Below are positions 1 through 12,300 of a stretch of 64,000 nucleotides of DNA, one piece after another. The translations under genes were made by a program, and so were the position numbers. Each line of letters opens with the position of its first letter. The stretch's first letter is position 1. Under the pieces are notes generated by a model. It was given only the letters and a program-made list of their open reading frames with translations, was not told the origin of the DNA and ran no database searches. This DNA is from Catajapyx aquilonaris (Eukaryota), in assembly GCA_000934665.2 (NCBI GenBank), contig KZ538421.1, forward strand, positions 1-64,000, read 5' to 3'.

Positions 1-745
1 GATGTAAACAAGTCGAGGGTGGCACAGTTGGTAACGTGGTTACGGAACTGGCAGTCAGCGCGGCGCTGCCAGATCGTCGCGTTCTTCCTGCGAGTTCTTA
101 TTGTTCATGGAGGGGGGTATTTTTCGTCCCAAAGTTTGGCCAAACCAAGACTGCCACACTCGTGCCCTTTCACACACTTACGGTAATTCTCCCTAAAAAC
201 CTCCTCATGGGCTCGAATCTCACAGGTACCGACATGGAAAGGAGTGATTGCGGGTCAAAATCAAAAACTGTACCTGGCCGCAGCGGCCGCAAATATCGCC
301 CCAGGAGAAAAATAAACACACCATCTCAAAGTGCAACTCCAGATACTCCAGTTTCATGCCGATACCTCCATATTTGCGACCGTGACAGCGAGAGGAAGAA
401 GTGTCAAACTCACAGGCCGGGCCGCGACGGGCTCCCCGCAACAATGAGACGCGGAGCCTAGAGCGAGCTCTTAATGGAAAATATCACTATGCTGTGAATA
501 TGTAGTGGGTTCCAAATGAAATGCCACAGTAGTTACTAACTTTTTGGCTCACCCACCTTGGCCCTCCATAACAAATGTCATAATTTTGTTGTGCAGTATT
601 GACGGCTTATTAAGGTGGCCTAAACTGATGTGACATTATGCCCAGAACTAGAGCAAGGAGTAGGCAGCATAGTGAAAGGAGTCAGTTCCTAAGTTGACTG
701 TCAACCAATTTCACAATTATTGAAATTTTGACTTGCAATCCTTAA

Positions 746-900
746 AGGGACACTCCACTCAAAATACAAGTTGTGTTCTAAAAATCGGGCGAGGAATCCT
801 GATTCCGAGGGTATAAGCAATTTTTCTGGGAGACGAACGGTAAGGGCAGGGCGAGAGGTCAGATTCGTAAAATAATAGTCTCCCGCCAGCGAGTGGAGAC
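746..900. mobile_element. Kolobok-type MITE family A, left end only
   Basis: TTAA followed by AGGGACACTCCACTCAAAATACAAG, as in the complete copies. Right boundary approximate. Confidence 0.7.
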
Positions 901-1618
901 GCCTGGCAGGGACGCCAACGCCTCGTGGCGGCCAGACGGATCACCACACATCAGTAGCTATTTTCTAGCACTACTAGCAGCTACAAGTAACTGCTAATGA
1001 CAAGTCTGTCGCCTAGGCCAGTGCATGCCACACCTAATTGTCTAACAACAAAATGACTAATGGTGTAGCCTGGTAGACACCAATAGTGCTTCATATGGGA
1101 ATTAGTCATTGAAATAGAGCCATCTTCTGGGCCCTAACACATATTAGCTGCTATTCTGAAACGCGTCGCGGTTATTCTAAGATGGCGCCGCCCAGTGATT
1201 CGTTCCGGGACGGNCGCTTAGTTGGCGGAGACAAATATGACGTCACGAGTGGTGTGGAAAAATTCCTGTCGCTCGTTACAAACGTTGCGACGTCCATTTG
1301 TGAAGTAGGCTTGATGCGAGTCCTGTGAAAACTTAGTATTCTGCTTCTAAGCGAGAGAAAAAGGAAAGAAAAAAGTTGTTCATTAGAATGAGAGTCACTT
1401 TGCTCGGCCCCCACTTGCGCGCCTTCAGCGCGGAGACCATAATTCATCAGGTTACAGAATGTTTAGGATTTTGAGGACCTAAAAGTTCATTTACAACTGA
1501 ACGAGTTAAGAATTGCAAGGGTTGCAGAAGGAGTCATCATAGTGACTTTTTGTGAATTTTTTTTTAAAGTTGTGGATTTTGAAGCGTTTATTCTGAACTT
1601 TCATAATTTTTTTTCCAG

Positions 1619-4600
1619 TTCAACCCATTTCATGCGATGTTGAGGCTGCTGTAAAACTTACAAGAACAAACAGCAGGGACCAACAGAAACATGAGAGCAA
1701 CGCCAGGGTGAGGAACAAGGACACAAATGGAGCAAGTTACATAGAAGAGCCAGACAATGGTGGTTTGGTCAGCAACAGCCAGTTGATTGAAGCAAGTTCT
1801 GACATTGGAGCAGATGGAAAAGACTCGAAGCTGCACAAAAAATGGAAACACAAGAATAGTGACTTTATTGATACAGATGAACTATGTGAGAGGAAGAGAA
1901 GGAAGGTGGAGGTTACTCAGAATTCTGCTGTTGAAAAAGATACAGTTGAAGAATCGGAAAATTATGACAAGACACCTTCAATTCAAGAAGATATTGTGAA
2001 ATCTGGAGGTGATGGAGAAAAGAAAACTGAAGGGGTGAATGAGGCTTCTATAATCACAGCTGCAATGCAACAATTAACAAATCTGAACAATTTGCAGAAT
2101 ATTCGAACACGTGAAAAAGAAAAGCGAGTTGCCCAACAAGAAAGTAGTGTGGAAATCAAACGTACAGTTCAGGTTACTGATGACAGTAGGGAGTCCACAA
2201 ATGGATTTGTTACTTCCTCTAATGGGCATAAACTGCCTATTTGCAGTGTTATAGAGGTCATGAACAATCTATTAATGAAAGAGAAAGCAAAGCAGGCGAG
2301 TGCAGCCCTCACAGGAGTGAGAAAAGGTTCCACAATTGCCAGGGTCACAAATGAAGTAATCCAATTACTAGAAATAGAATGTACTCTGATTGCCAACCGG
2401 ATGCGAATTGAAAAGGCAGCTAATGGTGAAAACCCGGAAATGGAACCAGTCACAAATACATCGGAAGATGTATCACCAGTTACTGACATCCCACCATCTG
2501 GTCCTCTGAATGGAACTTTGCATGAGAGTGGATCATTGACATTAGATGATGAACCTACAGATGAAGCTGTTGCCAGAAAGCCTCATCGCAAGCGTAAACA
2601 TAGGGATAGCGAGAGGTCTAATACTAAGAAGCTCAGTCGAGGTGAACCAGAAGTTCAATTAGAAAAGATGAAGGTTTGGGATAATGGAGAGAAAAGTCAT
2701 GGGGTCAATCCTGAAAAGAATGTGGAAGCAGTGAAGGAAAAGCACCACTCACATACAAAGCATACAAGCAGAGAGAACCTTACAGGTGATACAATGAATG
2801 CCCTAATAGATGAGAAGTCAGAAATAGATGGTGGAGCTGTGTCAAGTCTGAGAAGTGGTAATGATTTCCAGAATGTGGGTATCAAAATGTATGAGAATAC
2901 CAGCAATTTGACTGATCAAGATGCTGAATCTAGGACAGAGAAGACTTGCAAGAGTAATTCTGATGTGAAAAGTGTACATGCAGAAACTAGGACAAATGAT
3001 GATGATTTCCATGTAATCAGAAGTGATGCAGATGTTGTTGCAGAGAAGACTTGTGCACAAAATTACACTAATACTCACACTTCGGCATCAGATGGAGGCA
3101 TTGTGAAAAGTTCTGCAGAAAAGCATCATCGTATGTCCAAGTCAAGGTCTCATGAAGAGATGGATTCAAAAAGTAGAGAAGCCCACAAGAGAGCTCACAG
3201 GAAAGCCCACAAGAAAGCCCACAAGAAAGAAAAGAAGATCGACAAGAACAATGATGGTGTAGATTTGAAGGTGCATGAACAAGAACAAGAGAGATGCAGC
3301 AGTCAGAACACTGTTTTGGTGGTTCAAGATGCAGGAAAGAAGGCGAAGCAAGGGACAGAAATAATGGTTCAAGAACAGGAAGAAAAGATATGCAGCAGTA
3401 AAAAGAAGACTGTATCTGGGATACAAGAATCAGAGAAGAAAATTGAGGGAAATGCAGGAGGGAAGGTACAAGGACATGAAGAGAAAAGTAGCAGCACACA
3501 TAAGAGGACACTTTCTGAGGTTAGAGATTCAGGGCAGACTGTGAAGGAGAAGACAGTGGTGAAGGTGCCTAATCATGAAAAGCGAGTCAGCATTCATAAG
3601 ACGACTGTTTCTGAGGTTCAAGATTCTGGGAAGACTGTGAAGGAAAATGAGAAGAAAAGCAGTCATCATAAGGAGATTGCTCCTGAGGTTCAAGATTCTG
3701 TTAAGAAGGCGAAGAAAACCAGTCATGATAAGATGATTGGTCCTGAGGTTCAAGGTTGTGTCAAGAAGGCGAAGAAAACCAGTCATGATAAGCTCATTGC
3801 TCGTGAGGTTCAAGATTCTGTTAAGAAGGCAAAGAAAACCAGTCATGATAAGATGGCTGCTTCTGAGGTTCAAGGTTGTGTCAAGAAGGCAAAGAAAACA
3901 AGTCATGATAAGCTGATTGCTCCTGAGGTTCAAGATTCTGTTAAGAAGGCAAAGAAAACCAGTCATGATAAGATGATTGCTCCTGAGGTTCAAGATTCTG
4001 TTACGAAGGTGAAGAAAAGCAGTCATCATAAGACGATTGTTTCTGAGGTTCAAGATTCTGGGAAGACAATAAAGGAAAATCGGGAGAAGAAAGAAAATGA
4101 AAGGGGAGACAGTCATCAAGAGAAGATTGTTTCTGAGGTTCCAGATTCTGAGTTGAAGAAGAAGGAAATTGAAGAGAAGATCATCAGTCATCAGGAGAAG
4201 AATGTTGTTGAGGTTCCAGACTCTGGATTGAAGATGATGGAAAATGAAGAGAAGAGAAGCAGTCATCGTAAGAAAAATGTTTCTGAGGTTCAAGATTGTG
4301 GGAAGAAAAAGGAGCATGGAGAGAAGAAAAGCAGCCACCGTGAGAATGTTTCTGAGGTTCCAGACTCTGGGTTGAAAAAGAAGGTAAATGAAGAGGAGAT
4401 TAACAGTCATCATGTGAAGAATGTTTCTGAGGTTCCTGACTCTGGGTTGAAGATGAATGAAAATGAGGAGAAGAGACAAGGTCATTGGAAGAAGAATGTT
4501 TCTGAGGTTCAAGATTGTGGGAAGAAAAAGCATGGAGAGAAGAGAAGCAGCCACCATGAGAATGTTTCTGAGGTTTCAGACTCTGGGTTGAATATGAGAG

Positions 4601-6325
4601 AAAATGAGATGAGACGTGGTCATCACAAGAAGAATGTTTCTGAGGTTGAAGATTCTGGGAAGAAAAAGGAACATAGAGAGAAGAGAAGCAGCCACCATAA
4701 GAATGTTTCTGAGGTTCCAGATTCTGGATTGAAGAAGAAGGAAAATGAAGAGAAGATTAGCAGTCATAAGAAGAATGTTTCTGAAGCTCAAGAGTCTGGA
4801 AAGAAAATGGAGCATGGAGAGAAGAGAAGCAGCCATCATAGGAATGTTTCTGAGGTTCCAGATTCTGGGTTGAAGAAGGACGAAAATGAGGAAAAGATAA
4901 GCAGTCATCATAGGAAGAATGTTTCTGAGGTTCAAGATTCGGGGAAGAAAAAGGAGCATAGAGAGAAGAGAAGCAGCCACCACAAGAATGTTTCTGAGGT
5001 TCCAGACTCTGGGTTGAAGGAAAATGAAGAGAAGATAAGCTGTCATCACGAGGAGAATGTTTCTGAGTTTCAAGATTCTGGGAAGAAAAAGGAGGAGGGA
5101 GAGAAGAGAAGTAGCCACCATAAGAGTGTTTCTGAGGTTGAAGATTCTGGGAAGAAAAAGGAACATAAAGAGAAGAGAAGCAGCCACCATAAGAATGTTT
5201 CTGAGGTTCCAGATGCTGGGTTGAAGAAGAAGGAAAATGAAGAGAAGATGAGCAGTCATAAGAAGAATGTTTCTGAAGTTCAAGAGTCTGGGAAGAAAAT
5301 GGAGCATGGAGAGAGGAGAAGCAGCCATCATAGGAATGTTTCTGAGGTTCCAGATTCTGGGTTGAAGAAGGACGAAAATGAGAAGATAAGCAGTCGTCAT
5401 AGGAAGAATGTTTCTGAGGTTCAAGATTCTGGGAAGAAAAAGGAGCATAGAGAGAAGAGAAGCAGCCACCATAAGAAGTCTGTTTCTGAGATTCAAGATT
5501 CTAAGAAGGTGAAGGAAGATCCACCAGCAAAGATTCAAGAACCTGAAGAAAAGAGAAGCAGCATTCAGAAGCCTGTTTCTGAGGTTGAAGATTTAGGGAA
5601 GAAGGCAAAGGCACATGCAGTAGTGAAGGTGCATGAACATAGGAAGGGAATTAGCTCTCAGAAGTCTCTTTCTGAGGTTCAGGAATTAGGGAAGAGGGTT
5701 AAGGTAGATGCAGTGGAAAAAGTCCCAGAACATGAAAAGAGAAGCAGGGACCAAGATTCAGGAAAGGAGGAGAAGGAACATGCAGCAGTGAAGGTGCATG
5801 AACATGAAAGGAGAAGCCACATTCAGAAGATTACAGTTTCTGAGGTTCAACATGCTGAGAAGAAAGTGAAGGAAGATATGTCAGCAAATGTTCATGTGCA
5901 TAATGAAAAGAGAGATGGCATTCAAAAGAAGTCTGCTTCTGAGATTCAAAATTCAGGGAAGAAAGCAAAGGAAGGTGTCACAATAAAGGTGTGTGAACAT
6001 GAAGAAACAAGTAGTTCTCAAAAAAAGAATGTCTCTGGGAGTCAAGATCCGGAGAAGAAGGTGAACGAGGATGACAAAAGGTCGGCCAAAGCAAGTCCAA
6101 CAATATCACAGAGTTATTTTTCAAAGAATAGTGACCAAGTGAGACATGTTCGTTATCCATTTCAAAAAACGGAGAAGAAGGGATTGAACTCAAGTGCAGA
6201 CCCAGGGGAAAAAAAAGTGCCTGTGAAAGGAAGCATGGAAGAGCACATGGCTGAAAGACGGACACATGTTGCCATGGTGCACAATTATTTTCTGCGAGAG
6301 CGCTTTATGAATGGAAACTCTGACG
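1619..6325 (+). CDS. Dnmt3: DNMT3-like giant exon (4707 nt): low-complexity K/E/S/H-rich region with tandem repeats
   Basis: Acceptor ttttttccag ends at 1618. The frame is open from 1621 and includes ORF 1708..6372. Donor G|GTATGA at 6325/6326 is in phase with the ADD exon. Confidence 0.85.
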
Positions 6326-9300
6326 GTATGATATGCCTGCATACATGTCTTGCATGTCAATGTTTCTTGTAGGGTGGGGAGCACCAAACTGACTAAACCA
6401 AATCTGTTTGGATTGTGCTTGTTATTAACCCCTTCGCTGCCAGATAGGCCTGAACCACATAGATTTCGGCCTATGCCTACTCCGAAGATATGGACCAGAT
6501 ATTTTACCAATAATAACAGCTATACTTACCAGATCTGGGAAAATACTATGAATGTGTCTGGAACAATTTTACTCCTCTAGAAGTCCCTAAATTAATTTCC
6601 AATAAAGGTCCATAAAAACTCGAAATTGGAGTACTGCTGGCCAACTCTTAGGTTGATTTGATTATGAAATGCGTGACAATATGCGGAATAACAAGCTTGA
6701 AAACCATGCCAGACGAATTTGCTGAAATCGCCGTACTTTGCGAGAAATAAATTAATACATATTTTCGGCTCTCTGGCACTTTGGAAAGCTACAATTTGGG
6801 GAGTTTTCTGAAGTGTCAAAAGCCGCAAATAAGTATCAATTTATTTACTACTAATATTATTATAATAAATTAATACTTATTTGCGGGTTTTTGGCACTTC
6901 GGAAAATTCACATTTGGGAGTTTTCCGAAGTGTCAAAAAGCCGCAAATGATTATTAATTTATTTCTCGCAAAGTACGATGATTTTAGTAAATTAATCTGG
7001 CATGGTTCTCAAGGTTATTCCGCATATTTTCACGCATTTCATAATTAAATCAGCCTAACAGTTGGTCAGCAGTACTCTAATTTCGAGTTTTTATAGCCGT
7101 GTTTTTGGAATTTAATTTAGAGACTCCTAGACGAGTAAAATTGTTCCAGACACATTCATAATGTTTTCCCAGATCTGGTAAGTATAGTGTTGTCCGATTG
7201 ATTGCACTGGTGTAGCCAGTGTACACTCGTGCAGAAAAAAGCGTCCGATTCACCGGGAGCAGCGTGTCCGATTCGCCAGTGTAACTGCACCAGTGCAAGC
7301 GGGGGGCTGCACTCGCTGCACCAGTGGAGAAGGTGGGGCAGGCGGTGTAAGGCGCGAAGACGGGCTGGCAAGATGGCGGCGGATGGAGGGTGAGTGGAGG
7401 TGTCCGATTCGAGGCCCCAGTGCTGGGTCACACTCGCTGCACTGTGACGTCACCTCCCTACACAGAGTGTAGCCGGTGCAGTGTCAATCGGACAACACTT
7501 ATATCTGTTATCATTGGTAAAATATCTTGTCCGTAACTTCGGAGTAGGTGTAAGCCGAAATCTTTGTGGTTCTGGCCTATCTGGAAGCGAAGGGGTTAAT
7601 TGTTGACAAAAGCTAGCATTATTGACTTTGGTGCTCCCTGCCCTAATAGCTTTTTTATGTCCCTATTTCTAAAGGTTATGGTGCTATTTAAATTTTATGT
7701 TGCAGTGGGGGCAACAGACCTGTTGCGATCCTACAGGGTGGACATAGAGGACGTATGCATTGCATGCAGGACACTTGCATCATTACCATATGATTACCAT
7801 CCATTCTTTACTGGAGGAATCTGTGACAAATGCAAGAAGAAGTTGGTTAAGACCCTGTATGTGTGTGGAGAGGATGGGACCAGTGTAAGTGTATTATTGT
7901 GTTTCCCTAAGTTTTAAGCTGCCCCAAATCGCGAGTTTTGGACTACAAAATCATATACAAATAAACCGGATTAACCAGATAAACGTGAATGATATCATCT
8001 TTTTGCGACCGCTGGAAAAAAACTTCAACAACAACAAAAAAAAATCCGACCTGGACCGGCAAATTTTGGCATACATAGTTGCCCCCAAACCTCCTCAAGA
8101 GATTCCACCCTAAAATTAGTGCAAAAGATGATTCAATAGGTTTAAAATAATGTTCGTAAATGACAATTAGCGGTTGGCGGGAATCTGCGCACTTCAACGC
8201 CGGCCTCTGGCTGGCTGGACGGCGCATGCTCCCCGCGCCTTTTGAATGGCTGAATGTTTACATTCATGAGGGAGTGTGTTTATGTATCACTTCTGCACGC
8301 CTGGCTGGCCTGTGACATAATTCATGCTATGTGCTTGTGTACTGCTTTGTTCAGAGGTGCCAAGGCTACATACCGATAATTTTTTGTCAAGCAGGCAGAG
8401 TGACACAGAAATGGAGTAGGCGCGAATCATACCCCTGCGCCACCTTGTTTGCGCGTTTAAGACTTCACATCTCCGTATCGTATGAGAGGAGGGTCACATA
8501 GATGGCCTCAGGCTCAAGCCTGGACACTATACGGTCTTATTGACTAGTGTTTTCAAGTCTTGTCCCCCAAGTCCCAAAGAAAGAGAATTTTTTGCAGATA
8601 CTTGCAAATGCGCGAAAAAACCACCCGCCTTATTAGGGTTAAAAATAATATTTGGTTTGCCCACAATGTGGGACATACGTAAATTACCTTACTATAACAT
8701 CAGGCCTGCCTAATAATAATTACGGGTATGGCAGTGTTTATTGTAATCCTCATTCCTGCCTGATCAATAGTGTCACTTTCTATATTATAATGGGGACCTT
8801 CAATATTGTCACATTGTCTGGGAACTTAACTCTGCTTACAACATGATAACACCTTAAATTTAAATGAAAAAGGTAAGGTCGCATGGAGGGACGTACATGT
8901 GCCAGGATGATATATTATACCTTGTGCTGGAAGCACCTTATCTCGGTAACTATGCGTCGGAGACCCATGTTGCATATACTTAAAGTGATCGCCTAGAACC
9001 CCTCTATCATTTCCAAAAGCCTCCGTAGGTTAAATTTTGAACCCTGTATAACTTGTTGTTAATGATATGCAAGCGATTTCGTGTGAATTGGCTCAACTTG
9101 AGCTGATATGGTATTGGCAATGGAACATTGAATTTGATGTTTTGAGTGTACAGCATTGATTTTCTTTTTACAGCGTCATTGTATCATCTGCAGCGAAGCT
9201 AAGCAAGTGATTACTTGCTCAAAACGCACTTGCAACAGGTTAGTATCTTTCATGCTGTATGCTGATTTTTTTTGTAAAACATTCTGATTTTACCCCTAGT

Positions 9301-12300
9301 ACATTTTGCAAGAAGTGTTTGGAAGCCTTGGCAGGCCCAGAGGAAGTGGAACGAATCTTGGAAAGTAACATTGGATTATGGAGGTGCTATATGTGCAGGG
9401 ATAACTATGAACCTTTGGGCTTTCTAGCCAGACGTCGCGGATGGCAGCGTTTCGTAAGGAAATTACCTAACAAAAGTACTGTTTTGTGGCATGTAACTTA
9501 AGTATATTTTTTCAGGTGGTCAAGCTGTACCAACCTTATTACTACATCAGTTATCACAATATTACTTATAAGATGAGAGAGCTACGAGTATTGTCTGTAT
9601 TTGACGGGATTGGAACAGGTAAAGTAAAAGCTGTGTAAATTCTGAGTGTGTGATGAGTGTCAGTTGATATCGAAACTTAAAAGGCAATAAGATTACTTTG
9701 ACAAAGTAAATGGTCATATCTGGGATGTAAAGTTGTGTACAAAACCACAGGGTATCGCCAGCAAAACTGATTACCTGATCGGGGGGGNNTTTTAAAAATA
9801 GCGCCCTAGGTGATAATCACTGGATCTGGCACCATTGGTTTCACTCTCGATTCATGCACAAGAGGGGGCTGAACCGTGAGAGACATAAAATGCTAGACCT
9901 GCATCGCGAGAGAGGGCATTTACCGCCTCATATGCTATGCATGATATGATGTCATCATATTGCAACAGCTGTGCTTTTTTTTAAAGGCGGCTTCCACCCC
10001 TCGGAATAATCCAAGATAATTACATGGTTTACCACTCTTTTTGATGAATTACGAAAACAAATGTCCGTTAAAAAAAATTAAAGGCCCAGTTTGAAAGGAG
10101 GTAATGTGAGCCACCAGGTACCAAAAATGGCGGCTAAGGTGGCAAGTAGGCACTGCCTAGAGCTCGGAGCAGTCTGCCCGGCCAATTAGGAGCGAGGACA
10201 CTTTCACGGCTGCAATGTACCTGCAAAATTCGCAGTTTCAGGCCTGCCTGTCCCAGAATATTTGCCTGGTGCCCCACATGGCAATAAATTGCGGAATAAA
10301 CACAGATTCACATAGGAAACAGCACACCACACTCCCTCACAATGGCAGAAGAACTTCTGTATCATAAATGATACAGGTCAACTTATCAGGCAGGACCTCC
10401 CAGGTTGCCCTGTGTTTGTATGGCAGAGGTGTCTTATTTCAGGTGACAGGGGAAACTCCTGGATTTTCATCTAGCTGTGTGCCAAATTTTTTAAACATTT
10501 AGGTGCCATACTTAATGAGATGGGGCCCCATTTGGTAGGGGGCTGAATGGCTGATATCTGGAGAGGGGTGGCTGGGTCGGGGCTAACCAGGAGCACATAA
10601 ACATGTCGAAGTGTACCAAAAGGAAAATGCAGATAGTGGGTTTTGGAATTGTTGGACTGAATTGTATCGATGCATTTCTTTGATGGGCTGCAGTTATTAA
10701 TTCTTTAATGAACAAAATTAAGGTAATGGTGTATATTTGTGACTGATAAATGTGTTCTCAAGAGAAAAATGTTGTGTGGTAGAAGTGGTTTTTTATGCTC
10801 TTCAATGTGTTGAACATTTTAAAGGGACACTCCACTCAAAATACAAGTTGGGCTCTAAAAATCGGGCAAAAAATCCTGACTCCGAGGGTATAAGCAGTTT
10901 TTCTGAGAGACGAACGGTAAGGCCAGGGCGAAAGCCGGAAGTGTGTCGTTCGAAAACCGCGCTCAAACGGGCCCGGTGCTGGTGGCGGCGCCACCCCAAG
11001 GGTGACGTTGGATAGTAGCGCCGCCCTTCCCAACGGCGACTTGGATAAGTTGCCTGCGGGCATGGGGATCCGTGGGGATCTGGTTGTGTCCGAAGCCAAC
11101 TTCCCCTAGTGCCCGTTGGGAAGGGCGGCGCTACTATCCAACGTCGCCTAACTTGGCCAGGTGGACAGGCGGCGCCACTCTCGAACAGACCTCGAATTTT
11201 TTCCGACTTTCGTCTCTTCCCCTGACATTACCGTTCGTCTCAGAGATAAACGGATGGTATCACCGGAATCAGGATTCTTTGCCTGATTTTTACAGATCAA
11301 CTTGTATTTTGAGTGGAGTGTCCCTTTAAGTGAAGTTTGCAAATTTGCAGGTTATTGTTGTCTTTCATTGATGTAATTAGTATCAATAGTAATTATGCTT
11401 TTTACTCTCAGGGCTCTACGTCTTGGATAAATTAGGAATGAAGGTTGAGAGGTATGTGGCTGCTGAGAATGACTTCGATGCCAAACAGGTTGCTACCAAG
11501 AAGTATGGAGGGAGAATCAAGCATCTGAAATCTGTGGAGTCTCTGAGCAGTGCTGACCTAGATAATCTGGGACAGATTGACGTAGTTATTGGGAATATGC
11601 CTTACACAGCTGCAGAAACACCTCATGTTACAGCTGGTAAGTGTTTGTCTAGTTTTTAGTGAAAATTCAGGATTGTAGGTCTGGGAAGTGGAAAAATTAT
11701 GTGTTCTTGAAGGGCTGCGTGTTCTTATTGGTATTACTCACTACCAAACTAACTCTTTCTACCCTCTTAAATTTTGACAATTTTTGGATTTTCTAATTCT
11801 GCTTGGCCTATAGTGTAGTGCAAACATCATCTCTGCTGATCTCCATGTTAGCAGGGTCAAAATACAAGCCAAAAGGCGATATTCTAAAGCCACAACACCT
11901 GCATCCTGTCATGGGTCGCTGCATCTGATACCAGTGATATATAAATGATTTATTAAACTTGATTCATAAATTGCTGCATAAAATTGATTTTGAAGCGTGT
12001 GAGGTGATATTATACTCGTTTTTGCCACCCTAGAGCTCGCTAGAGTCACGGTGACCAGGGACCTGCGACCCGCGACCAGCTGCTAGTGTTGTGGCATCGG
12101 AATATCACCTTTTGCCTTGTGCTTTGACATGAAAATTAGCAGCAGAGGTGATGTTTGCACAACACTATAGGCCAAGCAGAATTAGAAAATCCAAAAAATT
12201 TTAAAATTTATGAGGGTAAAAAGAGTTAGTTTGGTGGTCAGTATCAGTATTTTGCCTTATATGAAGTGTAATGTTTTCCTCGAGCGAGCCAATTGTGGAT

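Noticed and set aside
3661..5500. CRISPR-like appearance of regularly spaced repeats
   Set aside because: Eukaryotic context. The spacers are themselves homologous and in frame, and there are no cas genes; it is a coding minisatellite.
3529..5538. Long Leu-rich antisense ORFs (342 and 320 aa)
   Set aside because: Shadows of the purine-rich coding repeat on the + strand; no independent evidence.
6326..6372. C-terminal end of the 1554-aa ORF (GMICLHTCLACQCFL*)
   Set aside because: Intron read-through beyond the donor at 6325. The spliced form continues in phase into ADD.
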